Of a DNA stretch of 64,000 nucleotides, positions 28,303-38,668 are shown piece by piece. The notes under the pieces were generated by a model that worked only from the letters and a program-made list of their open reading frames with translations, had not been told where the DNA came from and made no database searches. Numbering within the stretch: the stretch's first letter is position 1; every line of letters begins with the position of its first letter. The stretch comes from an uncultured virus (IMG/VR IMGVR_UViG_3300020037_009485) (Duplodnaviria > Heunggongvirae > Uroviricota > Caudoviricetes), in IMG/VR virus record IMGVR_UViG_3300020037_009485, one strand, 5' to 3'. Position numbers and translations under genes: made by a program.

Positions 28303-28372
28303 TATATCTTTTAAATAGATTCTTTTATATAAATAGAAGTTTGTAATTAAAATTAAACAAAACTTTTTACAT

Positions 28373-28407
28373 AAAAAAAGGATAGATTTTTACACCTATC
28401 CTTTTTT
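28373..28407 (-). terminator. intrinsic terminator after the tail sheath gene
   Basis: AAAAAAAGGATAG...CTATCCTTTTTT. Confidence 0.7.
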
Positions 28408-28424
28408 ATTACTGTAAATTATAC

Positions 28425-31253
28425 TTATTGATTATTAAAATCAAGTGTTCCATTACGTAAAGTAAATGTTACTGAAATACGTTCTACTGGATATAGAGGA
28501 ACAATTTCGATAACTCCATATAAAGTTGTTCTGTCATTTTCTTGATCGATAACAGATACTTTAAACTCTTCAACTCCGTTTAATTTTTTGATTCTATCAA
28601 AAATTGGATTCACTGCGTTAACGAAAGCATTTCTTAAATTTGGAGTATTAAGTTGATGTAACAATGGTCTCAATACTTGATTTAAAGCTTTTTTAGCATA
28701 GTTTAATAATAATCTATTATGAACAAAAGATAATGCTGAAAACACTTCTTGAGTTGTTCTTGTTTCTGTGATTTCAAAACCTGAACCTGGAAACTCTGTT
28801 ATAGGATTAATATTAGCAGATTTTAAAATTTCTCTATCATTTAATTTCATTCTCTTACGAGTTCTAACTAAATGTTGAGTAATTGTTCTTAAAGAACCTG
28901 CTGGTGGTTGCCATACATTTTCATTTGTAGCTGTTGCAGCAATTGTTGCTAAAGCAATTAATGAAGGAGGTAACCATAAATTAACCTTATTTGTTGAATC
29001 TTCAATTTGAACCCAAGGGTAATAAATCGCATCGTAATTAGATAAGATATTAGAATTTTCTAAATCTAATTTAGCATTATCTGGAATTGGATCTAATTCA
29101 TATCTAAAGTCTGGTAAATATAAAGCGTCACCTCTACCTTCAACCATTTCTAAAGTTGTTTCAACAGCTAATGAATGATCTTGGAAGTTAAAATCTGGAG
29201 TAACTAATACTGAAAAATCAGCATCTAAACTCTCTGCGTCAGATAAAATTTCTAAACCTCTTTGTAAAGCTTCAAAGTCTTTTGATGTAGATGTTCCCCA
29301 ATCTCTTGCTTGATATACATTAAATGCATCAAAACCACCTGCTAATGCAAATACAAACTTATTACGAGCTACTTTAGTTAAACCTGTAACTGGTGTTGCA
29401 TTTGTTGGTGATGTTCTATAAATAGAATCTGCAGATAATGGATCTGTATCACATAATGTAAACAATGCTGTTGAAATATTTGTATTGTTATTAGGGTTTA
29501 AATGGAAACCTTTACCTGTTGCAGCAGATAATTCTACTACGTTTTTATAAGATAACATGTCTGATTGTAATTCAGCAAACATGTTTGTTCTATTATTAGG
29601 TAAACCTAAAATTTGTTTAGATAATGGTTTAGTTAAATCATATTGATTTGTCCAAACTACATCTGGTGTTACAATTCCTGTTGTACCAATATATCCTTCA
29701 ACACCGTATGGTAATACATCATTTGGTATTGTATCTTCTTCGTTTAATTCAACGAAAATATATCTAGATTTTAAAGGGAATGTTTCACCATCACCAATTC
29801 TTCTTAAAACGTAATTATCAGATGCAGGATTCATTGTTAAGTTTGAATAAACTTCTACAATTTGTGTTCCTGTATCTTCTCTATCAGAATAAGCTCTTAC
29901 TTTAATGTCAAATGAACCTAATCCAATATTTCCATCAGGGTTAATGTTAGATAATTCTATTTTAATTTCTGTATTAGCTGCTTCACCGTCAGAAATAGAC
30001 CAAATTCTAAATAATCTTTTTACATCACCGTTTGCATCAGCGTCTGAAACTAACCATGGAGAAATTGGAGTTTGAAACTCTACTTCATCACCATCAATTC
30101 CACCTAATGTCATAACTTCATCTTCCCAAGTTGAGATAAATGCTTTACGAACTGTTCCTGCTACGTATACTCCACTTGTTGTATCAACTAATGTTGTTAA
30201 TGTAGCATCTGTGTAAACGTTAAAGTTTGCACCTGATACACCTCCTACATACCAAGTAGTGTTATCTAATGAAGTAACACCAGAAACGTTTGCTACTGGT
30301 AAACTTGTTCCAGTGAAAACAATTGGTGTTCCATTTACATAACCATGACCTGCTGCAGTTACTGTTGTTGTTGCTCCAACAGTAATGTTAGATGGAGTAA
30401 CAGATGTATAAGTAAATCCAGTTTGTACTGTCATATCTCCTATCAAGACACTTAAAAATCCACTTAATTGTGGTGAAGTATCTCCAGGGTAATAATATTC
30501 TGAATCACCTGATGCAGTGCTTTTTCTTGTTTTAGAAGGGTAAGAAAACTCAACCCATAATGGTGATACAACACCTTGAACTTTTGTTGTATCTCTTGGA
30601 TCGTAACCGAATACTTTTCCAATATATTCTTTTGCTTCTGGTCTTAATGAACAAGGGATGTTTAAATCTGCATATGTCACAGGGCCTGTTTCGAATACAA
30701 TATGTACATTAAACAAATCATCTGTAGCATCAGTTGTTACACCGTCTCTTTGTAGAATTGTTGTAATCTCTACATAATCAACAATACCATAACCTGTAAA
30801 AGCTTGTCTTCTAGGTTTTAAAATTGCTGCAATAGTTTCTGGTGAAGCAGTAACAGGTGTTGTTCCACCTACCCCTAATGGTGTTCTTGCAGAAACAGAA
30901 CCTGTATTATAAATGATTGCAAAGCATTTATCATTACCTGAATCTACTCCTGGTTCATCACCTGGTTTTTCGTTATAACCTTCTAAACCTAAAATTCTTA
31001 CTTCTTTATAATTGTTTGCTTGTTCTAGAAATTCTCTAGCATAATATGAACTAGGGTATAAAGGATTTAGATCCCCAAATCTAGTTACGCGTTCTGTGAA
31101 ACTAGTAGAAGTTAAGATTTGAAATGCAGGACCTTTTTCTGTTAATCCTAACATTGCACCAGCGAAAGTACCAGCAGCTTGTTGAACTACTGTCAAATCA
31201 ACCTCTTGGTAATATATCCCAGAGCTAATTTTACTGATCTTATTTAAAGCCAT
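28425..31253 (-). CDS. contractile tail sheath (T4 gp18-like)
   Basis: SGIYYQEVDLT, GLTEKGPAF, YYPWV, WQPPAG, NINPI, VHNRLLL, GVEEFKV. Confidence 0.92.
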   Translation of the reverse strand: MALNKISKISSGIYYQEVDLTVVQQAAGTFAGAMLGLTEKGPAFQILTSTSFTERVTRFGDLNPLYPSSYYAREFLEQANNYKEVRILGLEGYNEKPGDEPGVDSGNDKCFAIIYNTGSVSARTPLGVGGTTPVTASPETIAAILKPRRQAFTGYGIVDYVEITTILQRDGVTTDATDDLFNVHIVFETGPVTYADLNIPCSLRPEAKEYIGKVFGYDPRDTTKVQGVVSPLWVEFSYPSKTRKSTASGDSEYYYPGDTSPQLSGFLSVLIGDMTVQTGFTYTSVTPSNITVGATTTVTAAGHGYVNGTPIVFTGTSLPVANVSGVTSLDNTTWYVGGVSGANFNVYTDATLTTLVDTTSGVYVAGTVRKAFISTWEDEVMTLGGIDGDEVEFQTPISPWLVSDADANGDVKRLFRIWSISDGEAANTEIKIELSNINPDGNIGLGSFDIKVRAYSDREDTGTQIVEVYSNLTMNPASDNYVLRRIGDGETFPLKSRYIFVELNEEDTIPNDVLPYGVEGYIGTTGIVTPDVVWTNQYDLTKPLSKQILGLPNNRTNMFAELQSDMLSYKNVVELSAATGKGFHLNPNNNTNISTALFTLCDTDPLSADSIYRTSPTNATPVTGLTKVARNKFVFALAGGFDAFNVYQARDWGTSTSKDFEALQRGLEILSDAESLDADFSVLVTPDFNFQDHSLAVETTLEMVEGRGDALYLPDFRYELDPIPDNAKLDLENSNILSNYDAIYYPWVQIEDSTNKVNLWLPPSLIALATIAATATNENVWQPPAGSLRTITQHLVRTRKRMKLNDREILKSANINPITEFPGSGFEITETRTTQEVFSALSFVHNRLLLNYAKKALNQVLRPLLHQLNTPNLRNAFVNAVNPIFDRIKKLNGVEEFKVSVIDQENDRTTLYGVIEIVPLYPVERISVTFTLRNGTLDFNNQ

Positions 31254-31357
31254 TGTTTTTATATATTTTATTAGTTTATAATAAATAGTCTGTAATTCTT
31301 AAAAGTAAATTTATCTTTTAAGAATCTTTTTAAACCAGAAATAATTAAGATATTTAT

Positions 31358-32191
31358 TTACTCTTGTATGAAGTCAGTAGAAGTATTATCTAATGTAGGT
31401 TGAACACCCCTAGATAATGTTGCTTGAACTATTTCGTTTACTTGTGGACCAGAACTCTCTGTGATTTGTAATGTATACGTATTAGGTCTTTCTCTTTTTT
31501 GAACCTGATTTGAATCTCTTAAATAACAAATCACTGCTAATTCATAAGTCAAAATATATAAAGAATAACCTTTTGAACCATCTCTATCTGCTACATCTAA
31601 ACTAGAAGGTTGAGCTGATGTTACTGGCATAATTTCAAATCTTTCATTATCAACAACAATTAGATTTCTTTTATTTTTAAAATAATCTAACATATGTTGT
31701 TCAAATTGATTTGTATGCTCTCTATAAGTTGTAACAAATTTAAAAGTATACGTAGCTCTTAATAATTGTGGAGCAGGCATAATATATTCTTCATATACAA
31801 CTCCTTGAGCTTTTTGCTTTGGAATAGTATATATAATAGGTTTATTTGATGGTGATGAACGAATATTATTCTCAGGACCTACTCCTGTTCTCCACATAGT
31901 AAAATAAGGAAAATTCATATAACCAGTACTATCATCAAACTGTCCTGGGTTTTGAAATTTAAACGCAGCAACATCAGCATCTAAAGGAATTAAATTTAAA
32001 GATTTTTCTGCAACAGTAAATCTTCTATTAAAAGTTTCCCAAACTGCTTGGTCAATATTCTCTAAAGTAATATCTCTTAAAATGAAATCACCGTTTTGAT
32101 TAGGTAAATGTGATGGGTTTAAATCACTTGTTTCATTGTAAGTAGAAGTTACTTGAGGGTAACCGTTACGCGCTCTCTTTCTTAAAGACAT
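31358..32191 (-). CDS. tail terminator/sheath stabiliser (gp15-like)
   Basis: Directly upstream of the sheath gene; ITLENIDQAV...PYFTMWR...MPAPQ. Confidence 0.55.
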   Translation of the reverse strand: MSLRKRARNGYPQVTSTYNETSDLNPSHLPNQNGDFILRDITLENIDQAVWETFNRRFTVAEKSLNLIPLDADVAAFKFQNPGQFDDSTGYMNFPYFTMWRTGVGPENNIRSSPSNKPIIYTIPKQKAQGVVYEEYIMPAPQLLRATYTFKFVTTYREHTNQFEQHMLDYFKNKRNLIVVDNERFEIMPVTSAQPSSLDVADRDGSKGYSLYILTYELAVICYLRDSNQVQKRERPNTYTLQITESSGPQVNEIVQATLSRGVQPTLDNTSTDFIQE

Positions 32192-32430
32192 TAGTTTAAG
32201 TTTTTAGTAGATTTCATATAAACATTTATAAAGAAAGGAATATCTTTTTTCTCTACAATTTTACCATCTGCCATTGTACGCAAAATAATTTGCTTAATTT
32301 GCTCTAAATCAAATGATGTTAAATCAGGGTCTTCTTCTTTAACTAAAGATTCTATATCTTTAGGATAAACAATAATATCACCTAAACTTTCTTTTAATAT
32401 ACTTCTAATTCTATTTTTTTTATCTTTCAT
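32191..32430 (-). CDS. small late protein
   Basis: N-terminal IRSILKES (propeptide-like). Confidence 0.5.
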   Translation of the reverse strand: MKDKKNRIRSILKESLGDIIVYPKDIESLVKEEDPDLTSFDLEQIKQIILRTMADGKIVEKKDIPFFINVYMKSTKNLN

Positions 32431-32990
32431 TAATAAACTCTTTTATCTGTTTGACTATCACCAGTTATATCGTTTTTAGACCCTAGAGAACTAGCTTTCT
32501 CACCAGGTATCTGTATTTGCTCTGAATCAAGAGCTATGCAAATGTATTTAATATATAAAGCTTCTCTATCAACTGCTACTGAAACCATATTAGCATCTAA
32601 TATAGTTTTATCGTAAATCATATAAATTCTATTCTTGATAGAGAAACAATCACCAATTTTAGGTTCTATGTTTAACTCTTTTAAATGATCTAAGTAACAA
32701 CTAAAGTTTAAATTCATAGTTTTATTGGGAATATCTTCTATTGCTATTTCATCTGACTGATCTAATTGAATTACACCTCTAACACTAATTCCAATAGGGT
32801 TTTTCCAAATTCTAATCAACATCTCTCCATAGAAATTTCTTTTAGATCTTTCAAAATCTACTTCAAAATATAATACAGAAGTATTAGTATGTTGTTCTAC
32901 AGATTCTCTTGAAAGCTTTTTTAAATACTTTAAAGTTTTATCTCCGTAAAAGTTATTACCACTTCCACTGTTTTCACTATTTTTAGTCAT
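32430..32990 (-). CDS. neck/head-closure protein (gp14-like)
   Basis: SRESVE...VLYF...NFYGE...HLKELNIEPKIGD. Confidence 0.6.
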   Translation of the reverse strand: MTKNSENSGSGNNFYGDKTLKYLKKLSRESVEQHTNTSVLYFEVDFERSKRNFYGEMLIRIWKNPIGISVRGVIQLDQSDEIAIEDIPNKTMNLNFSCYLDHLKELNIEPKIGDCFSIKNRIYMIYDKTILDANMVSVAVDREALYIKYICIALDSEQIQIPGEKASSLGSKNDITGDSQTDKRVY

Positions 32991-33883
32991 TATGCTCTAT
33001 TAAACAATTTCCATGACAAAGAATTAGGTGTTAAATCAAATATTCCATAATAATCATCACCTTTTTCTTTCCATTGATTCCAAAAATTTGAATCTTGTAA
33101 AGCTTCTTCAAAACTATTATAACTTGTACTTAACAAGTCGTTTATTTCACTGATATTTTCTGGAATAAAACCCCATTTTAACATTACATAATAACCATAA
33201 GCTTTAATCCCATATACATTCCCTTTAGTTCCATAAGCACCTATTTTTCTTACACCTTTACTTTTCATATAATCTAAGAAAGCATTAAAAATTTCTTTCC
33301 CTTTATACTTATTAGTTTTAGTATTAATCCAATTTAATGTTGCTTTCTCCCCTTCATAATCGAAATTAATAATATAATCTTCTGTTTCAATTATACTTAA
33401 ACCTCTTTTAAGTTTTACGTCTGAATCGCTTATGTTTATCGACTCTACAAATCTAATTTCTTTTCCTGTTAACTTAGTTAAATGTTGTTCTAAAACTGCT
33501 ACTTTTATTTTAGTAGAAGGTTCTAAATCTAAATCATCTAACTTTCTACCTATACTTTTAATTGTTGTAGTAAATTCAATTGGGTCTTTCTTCTTTGTAA
33601 TACCTGGTAATTCAGGTGCTTCATTTGCATCAATTCTTATAACGTTTTGCATAAACTCTTTATACCCTTGAGGGGATAATAAATGAGAAAACTTAACCCC
33701 TTTCTTTTTCCATAAATAAGAATGAGTAGCATACCCTAAAACATCTTTATTAGATGAATCTAAATAAAGGTATTCATCTTTATTGAAAGCGACATCCCAA
33801 TCATCAACACCTGGTAATGTAAAACTTCTTACTACTCTAAAAAAGCTCTTTGGTAATCTTACTTCTTTTAAAACTTGTTTCAT
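32990..33883 (-). CDS. two-domain late protein: N-domain, KLTGKEIRFVE motif, GNAT-like C-domain
   Basis: LNWI...KGKEIFNAFLDYMKSKGVRKI...GYYVMLKWGF resembles an acetyltransferase fold. Confidence 0.55.
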   Translation of the reverse strand: MKQVLKEVRLPKSFFRVVRSFTLPGVDDWDVAFNKDEYLYLDSSNKDVLGYATHSYLWKKKGVKFSHLLSPQGYKEFMQNVIRIDANEAPELPGITKKKDPIEFTTTIKSIGRKLDDLDLEPSTKIKVAVLEQHLTKLTGKEIRFVESINISDSDVKLKRGLSIIETEDYIINFDYEGEKATLNWINTKTNKYKGKEIFNAFLDYMKSKGVRKIGAYGTKGNVYGIKAYGYYVMLKWGFIPENISEINDLLSTSYNSFEEALQDSNFWNQWKEKGDDYYGIFDLTPNSLSWKLFNRA

Positions 33884-33910
33884 CTTTTTAACTCGTTTGT
33901 TTTCAACACG

Positions 33911-35026
33911 TTACCCTATGAAGAATTTTCTTCCACCTAGGTGATTTATCTTTGCTGCGTTCAACGCAATAGCTGCTTTATCTTCCATCATTTTTGCTGT
34001 ATCAAGGAAGTTTAATAAATTATCATATAACTTTTGCTTTAACTCTTCTTTTTCTACTTTAGACTCTTCTAATAAAGAAACATAATCAAGTTCTACTTGA
34101 TATTCAGAGTTTGGTGATGCAATTGTTCTTACTCTTCTCCATTTAGCTGCTTGAGCATATTTAGCTAAAGCAACTGTATAATTATCAACCCAACTTTTAG
34201 ATACATCATTCAAATTTGAATAAGGAACATTATCTATTCTAACTTGTGATGGGTTAGTTATAAGTTCACCTACCCCATTTGCATCTTGAGTACCTAATCC
34301 TAAGAAATCTTGTTCGTCTAAGTAATAGTAATAAACTCTTGCACCACTTGCCCAAGAACCTGCTGAAGGTCTCCCTGGTGTTGGTGTTAGTTCAATCATA
34401 TCACCTGATATGTTATAGAAAAATTCACTTCTCAAAACCTTATTTCTCGACTCTAAAGCCTGTGCTAATAATACAACATCAAATAAGTTTCCTAAATACA
34501 TCAACGGGGAAGAACCATAACTCAAACCTGATTGTCCGAAAGAAAATAAAGTTGAATTTGTTAAATCACCACTTACAGTAGCTGAACCCCAAACTTCAGG
34601 TGGTCCATACCATAATATTTTATGAATTCTTCTTGTACCTGTAACATATGGGATTGCTGATTCAACAGATAAATCATAAACCTGTCTACCTGATTCTAAT
34701 ACAAAATAATCTTTCTTCCAAGGTATTTTTCCACCTACACGTTGCATTGACGCCCACCAATCACTCAACCTTTGAGCAATCATTGTATTATCTGTAATAA
34801 ATTTTCTTGTAAAATCGAGTGTTGACGATTGACCTACTATATTGGAAAACTGATTTCTCGTTTGCCATACACCTATTTCATATAAATAATCTTTTAAAGC
34901 TCTTCGTGCAAGAACTCTAATTTCTTTTTCTGTAATATCAACATCAACATCTTCTCCACCTAGTGCTACTTGAGTAAATTCATATAATTCTTGAATCTCA
35001 CTGTTAGTCATATCCAATAAAGCCAT
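33911..35026 (-). CDS. neck/head-tail adaptor protein (gp13-like)
   Basis: ALGGEDVDVDIT, GRQVYDL, WVDNYTVALAK, C-terminal FFIG. Confidence 0.7.
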   Translation of the reverse strand: MALLDMTNSEIQELYEFTQVALGGEDVDVDITEKEIRVLARRALKDYLYEIGVWQTRNQFSNIVGQSSTLDFTRKFITDNTMIAQRLSDWWASMQRVGGKIPWKKDYFVLESGRQVYDLSVESAIPYVTGTRRIHKILWYGPPEVWGSATVSGDLTNSTLFSFGQSGLSYGSSPLMYLGNLFDVVLLAQALESRNKVLRSEFFYNISGDMIELTPTPGRPSAGSWASGARVYYYYLDEQDFLGLGTQDANGVGELITNPSQVRIDNVPYSNLNDVSKSWVDNYTVALAKYAQAAKWRRVRTIASPNSEYQVELDYVSLLEESKVEKEELKQKLYDNLLNFLDTAKMMEDKAAIALNAAKINHLGGRKFFIG

Positions 35027-35102
35027 TATATATAATCTTTATTATATAAATAGAACTATTTACTACATAATGCAAACAAAGATGAGAATATATAAAATTA
35101 AA

Positions 35103-36047
35103 TTACTTATAAATAACTTCTCTTTTTACTTTATCTTTATTTTTAGATTCTTTAATGTAAAACCCAGAAGAGACTTCTTCTAATTTAACTTCTTGACCAA
35201 TTAAATTGTAATATGTGATAGTTATATTGGAGTTTAAAATAAAATTACAAGATGTAATATCTGAAGACGTTTCAGTTCCATTATAATCTTTTTGAATTAA
35301 CTTATAATAATAAACACCTGTTGGTAATAGATAGTCATTGTACCAATACTGTTTAGGTGTCGTAGAATTACCTGCTCCTGATCTTGTATAAATTTTTACC
35401 CAATTAACACCATCTATACTTCGCCACAGTTGAAACTCTTGATTATTACTTTCACTTTCTGTTTCCCATTCAATTAAAATATTATCTTGCATAGTACTAC
35501 ATTTAAAATATGTTAATTCTATTGGAAGAATTGTGCAATTTAATATAGATGTTCCTCCAAAACGAATCTCAAATCCGTTATTCGTTGTGAAATTATCAAC
35601 TAAAATAAGATAACTCTCACCTGCTGTTACATTTAATTGTGATACCCAACCGTTACCAAAGATACCTTCTGCAACATCCCCTGCAGTTGTATTCAACCCT
35701 GTGTTTCCTGTACCTGCAGCATATGAGCATCTTATAGGACTATTAGTAGGTGGACAAGTGCTATTAGGACCCCAGATTGCAAAGTCAAAATCATTTGAAT
35801 TATTGTTTGGATCTATTGTAAAAGTTAACGTCCCTGATGTTAAAATTGTAATTGTTAACCAGGTAGAGTTATGTTCACCGCTTAAACACCCATCAGTTGA
35901 ACTAGACAACTCCCCATATTGTCCACCAGAACCACTTCCATTCGGAGTTGTATTATGCGTGTTACATATAAATGTTGCTGGACAAGTGTTTTGAGAAAAA
36001 CTCACACAAAATAATAATAAAAAAGAGATTAAAAGTTTATATTTCAT
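35103..36047 (-). CDS. secreted Bacteroidota-type surface protein with T9SS C-terminal-domain-like end
   Basis: Signal peptide; DFDFAIWGP...PIRCS; LPIELTYF...WETESESNN..F...RSIDG...YYYKLIQKDYNG; YYNLIGQEV...GFYI. Confidence 0.75.
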   Translation of the reverse strand: MKYKLLISFLLLFCVSFSQNTCPATFICNTHNTTPNGSGSGGQYGELSSSTDGCLSGEHNSTWLTITILTSGTLTFTIDPNNNSNDFDFAIWGPNSTCPPTNSPIRCSYAAGTGNTGLNTTAGDVAEGIFGNGWVSQLNVTAGESYLILVDNFTTNNGFEIRFGGTSILNCTILPIELTYFKCSTMQDNILIEWETESESNNQEFQLWRSIDGVNWVKIYTRSGAGNSTTPKQYWYNDYLLPTGVYYYKLIQKDYNGTETSSDITSCNFILNSNITITYYNLIGQEVKLEEVSSGFYIKESKNKDKVKREVIYK

Positions 36048-36107
36048 AATTTTACCAAATTTAATTGTTTACCTAAATATAACGTAAAACTGGTAAATTC
36101 TAAATCA

Positions 36108-36734
36108 ATGTACACATTCAAAGTTAAAAACACTAAAATTACAATTCAAGTCTCTGACCTAAAAAGTATTAAGTCAGATATACTTGTAAATTGGACTGTC
36201 CCTACTTTAGACAGTGGTGATTCTTTATTTATGGAAATACATAGAGAAGGTGGGTCATCTATCTATAAAGAATGTAATGGAGCATTAGCTTCTTATGGGA
36301 AATTAGCTGAAGATAACACAAAATATATTCAAACTGGTGAAGCTATTATTACAAGTGCTGGTATCCTACCAGTAAAAAAACTTGTCCACGTTGTAGTGCC
36401 TAATTACAGAAATAAACAAGAAATAAATTACAAACAAAACTTATTACTAGGTGGTATTAATTATATGTTCGCATTGATTAATGAATACTCTACTACTCAT
36501 TCCCCTTTAAGGAAAATTACACTTACACCAGTTTCAGAGCAAATCTACGGAACATTTTCTAAAGAAGAGCTTAAAACTTTTTTAAAAACTGTTATAACTA
36601 ACGCTAATACTTATTCTTTAAGAGAAGTAAATTTTGTTTGTATAAACGATGAACAAGCTAAAGAGTATTTTGAAACTCTACAAAATTTATTTTTACCATT
36701 GAGTGATAGGTTATATTTTAAACTTTTTAATTAA
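36108..36734 (+). CDS. macrodomain protein (divergent)
   Basis: ITIQVSDL...SDILVN, IHREGG, TGEAIITSAGILPVKKLVHVVVP, IYG. Confidence 0.8.
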   Translation: MYTFKVKNTKITIQVSDLKSIKSDILVNWTVPTLDSGDSLFMEIHREGGSSIYKECNGALASYGKLAEDNTKYIQTGEAIITSAGILPVKKLVHVVVPNYRNKQEINYKQNLLLGGINYMFALINEYSTTHSPLRKITLTPVSEQIYGTFSKEELKTFLKTVITNANTYSLREVNFVCINDEQAKEYFETLQNLFLPLSDRLYFKLFN

Positions 36735-38323
36735 TGAATAGTGATTTAGAAGAAAAATTAAGATCTTATTATGGTCCTAATCAATATCTTAATACTTTAA
36801 GACATATTTTAGAAACTGATGGTGTGTTAAATAAAAGTCAAATTTTATTTGCAGAAAAGCTTTTAATAACTCATGTCATTAAGAGTGATGACCTTTCCTT
36901 ATTACCTGAAGAAATTATTTTAGATTTTAAAACAGATTGGGGAAAGTATACAAACAAGTCTCCTTTTGAATTTCAAAAGCAAGATATCAATTGGCTTTTA
37001 AATAAGGAAAGAGCTATATTAGGACTTGATATGGGTTTAGGTAAAAGTTTAATTACTACAATTGCAGCAATTGAAAGTCAGTATAAAAAAATACTTATCG
37101 TTTGCCCAGCTTCTTTAAAGTTAAATTGGAGAAAAGAAATAGAAACTTTTGCAACTTCAAGTGATATATCTATTTTAGATAAAAAATTTACTCCTGCTAA
37201 ATTTACTATAGTAAATTATGAATCTTTACCAAAGTTTTTAAAAGAAATAGAAAAACATAAGTTTGAATTAGTTATAGGGGATGAAGCTCACTATTGTAAA
37301 AACTTACAATCGAAACGAACTAAAAACTTTACTAAAATAGCTAACAAAGCTAAAAGAGTATGGTTGCTAACAGGAACACCAATTGCCAACAAACCTATTG
37401 ACTTCTATTCATTACTTAAAATTTGTAAACATGAACTAGGTAAAAACAAACAAGCTTATGGTGAACAGTTCTGTGGTGGTATTAAAACATTTTTTGGTTG
37501 GGATTTCAATGGAGCTTCCAATTTAAAGAGATTACATTTGAAAACAAAAAACGTTTTATTGAGAAGAAGAAAAGAAGATACTTTAGAATTACCTCCGAAA
37601 ACAAGAACACCTATATATCTTGAATTAACTAATAGAAAAGGTTATGATAACGCTGTGACAGAATATCTTTTAAAGAAACAAAACGAATTAGAAGCTCAAT
37701 TAAAACTAATTGAATATGAACTTACAGGTTCTTTGAAGAATAAAGAATATACTGACAAATTAGTTGAACTTTCTGTATTAAGAAAATTTACTGCTTTAGA
37801 GAAAATTAAAGATAGATCTTTATTTGAACTAGTAGATGATATAATCGATCAAGGGAAAAAGATTGTTATCTTTACAAATTACTTAGATGTTATCGATACT
37901 GTTAAAGAACATTATAAAGATGATTGTTTAACATTAGATGGAAGATTATCTTTAGAAGAAAGAAATGAAAGAATAGAATTATTTCAATCAGGTAAAGGTC
38001 CTTCTATTGTTGTATGTAATTTAGCAATTGCATCTGTTGGTTTAACTCTCACTAAAGCTTGTGTAGCTATTATGAATGACTTATCTTGGTCTCCGTCTGT
38101 TATGATGCAAGCTGAAGATAGAATTTTTAGAATTGGACAAGATCAATCAGTAGATATTTTATATCCAGTTTACGATAATTCAATTGAATCTATTATGTTT
38201 GATGTGTTGAAAGATAAAATCTTTAATATCAATCAAGCTATTGAAGGTAAAACAGAAGGTTTAAGTCTAACTGGTGATATAACTAATGAAGTTTATAATA
38301 AATTAAAACTAATAAGAAAATAA
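36734..38323 (+). CDS. SNF2/SWI2-family helicase (SMARCAL1-like)
   Basis: DMGLGKS, IVCPASL, DEAH, LLTGTP, QAEDRIFRIGQ. Confidence 0.92.
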   Translation: MNSDLEEKLRSYYGPNQYLNTLRHILETDGVLNKSQILFAEKLLITHVIKSDDLSLLPEEIILDFKTDWGKYTNKSPFEFQKQDINWLLNKERAILGLDMGLGKSLITTIAAIESQYKKILIVCPASLKLNWRKEIETFATSSDISILDKKFTPAKFTIVNYESLPKFLKEIEKHKFELVIGDEAHYCKNLQSKRTKNFTKIANKAKRVWLLTGTPIANKPIDFYSLLKICKHELGKNKQAYGEQFCGGIKTFFGWDFNGASNLKRLHLKTKNVLLRRRKEDTLELPPKTRTPIYLELTNRKGYDNAVTEYLLKKQNELEAQLKLIEYELTGSLKNKEYTDKLVELSVLRKFTALEKIKDRSLFELVDDIIDQGKKIVIFTNYLDVIDTVKEHYKDDCLTLDGRLSLEERNERIELFQSGKGPSIVVCNLAIASVGLTLTKACVAIMNDLSWSPSVMMQAEDRIFRIGQDQSVDILYPVYDNSIESIMFDVLKDKIFNINQAIEGKTEGLSLTGDITNEVYNKLKLIRK

Positions 38324-38607
38324 TGCTACACAGACCAAGTGATTATGAAAAGTGTCTTGAATGTGGTTCGCAACATAGAAAATTTAAAAGTTGTAAGAAC
38401 TGTGAACGTTTAGAGAAATTAAAAGGTAAAAAATGTCCTTGTTGCAAATCAACAGAAATAGATATCATGCAACAAACTAGGAATAATGGTGTAATGGGAC
38501 CTGGGTTTTCTTCTTGGGTTGTCGCAGAAAATTTTGTTTGTAATGATTGCGGTGTATTATTTGTAACTCCTTCGAATAAGAAAAGTAAGAAGAAAAAGGG
38601 AAGCTAA
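38323..38607 (+). CDS. zinc-finger protein
   Basis: Four CxxC pairs. Confidence 0.6.
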   Translation: MLHRPSDYEKCLECGSQHRKFKSCKNCERLEKLKGKKCPCCKSTEIDIMQQTRNNGVMGPGFSSWVVAENFVCNDCGVLFVTPSNKKSKKKKGS

Positions 38608-38667
38608 ATGAGGAGCGATTCATTTAGCTTCTACGTTTGTGCAACGCAATACGGCCCTAAGTCGTAT
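38600..38667. other. GC-rich intergenic element with 2-3 hairpins (bidirectional terminator or small structured RNA)
   Basis: GAAGCTAAATGA-8nt-TCATTTAGCTTC; ATACGGC-CCTAA-GTCGTAT. Confidence 0.45.
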
Positions 38668-38668
38668 C

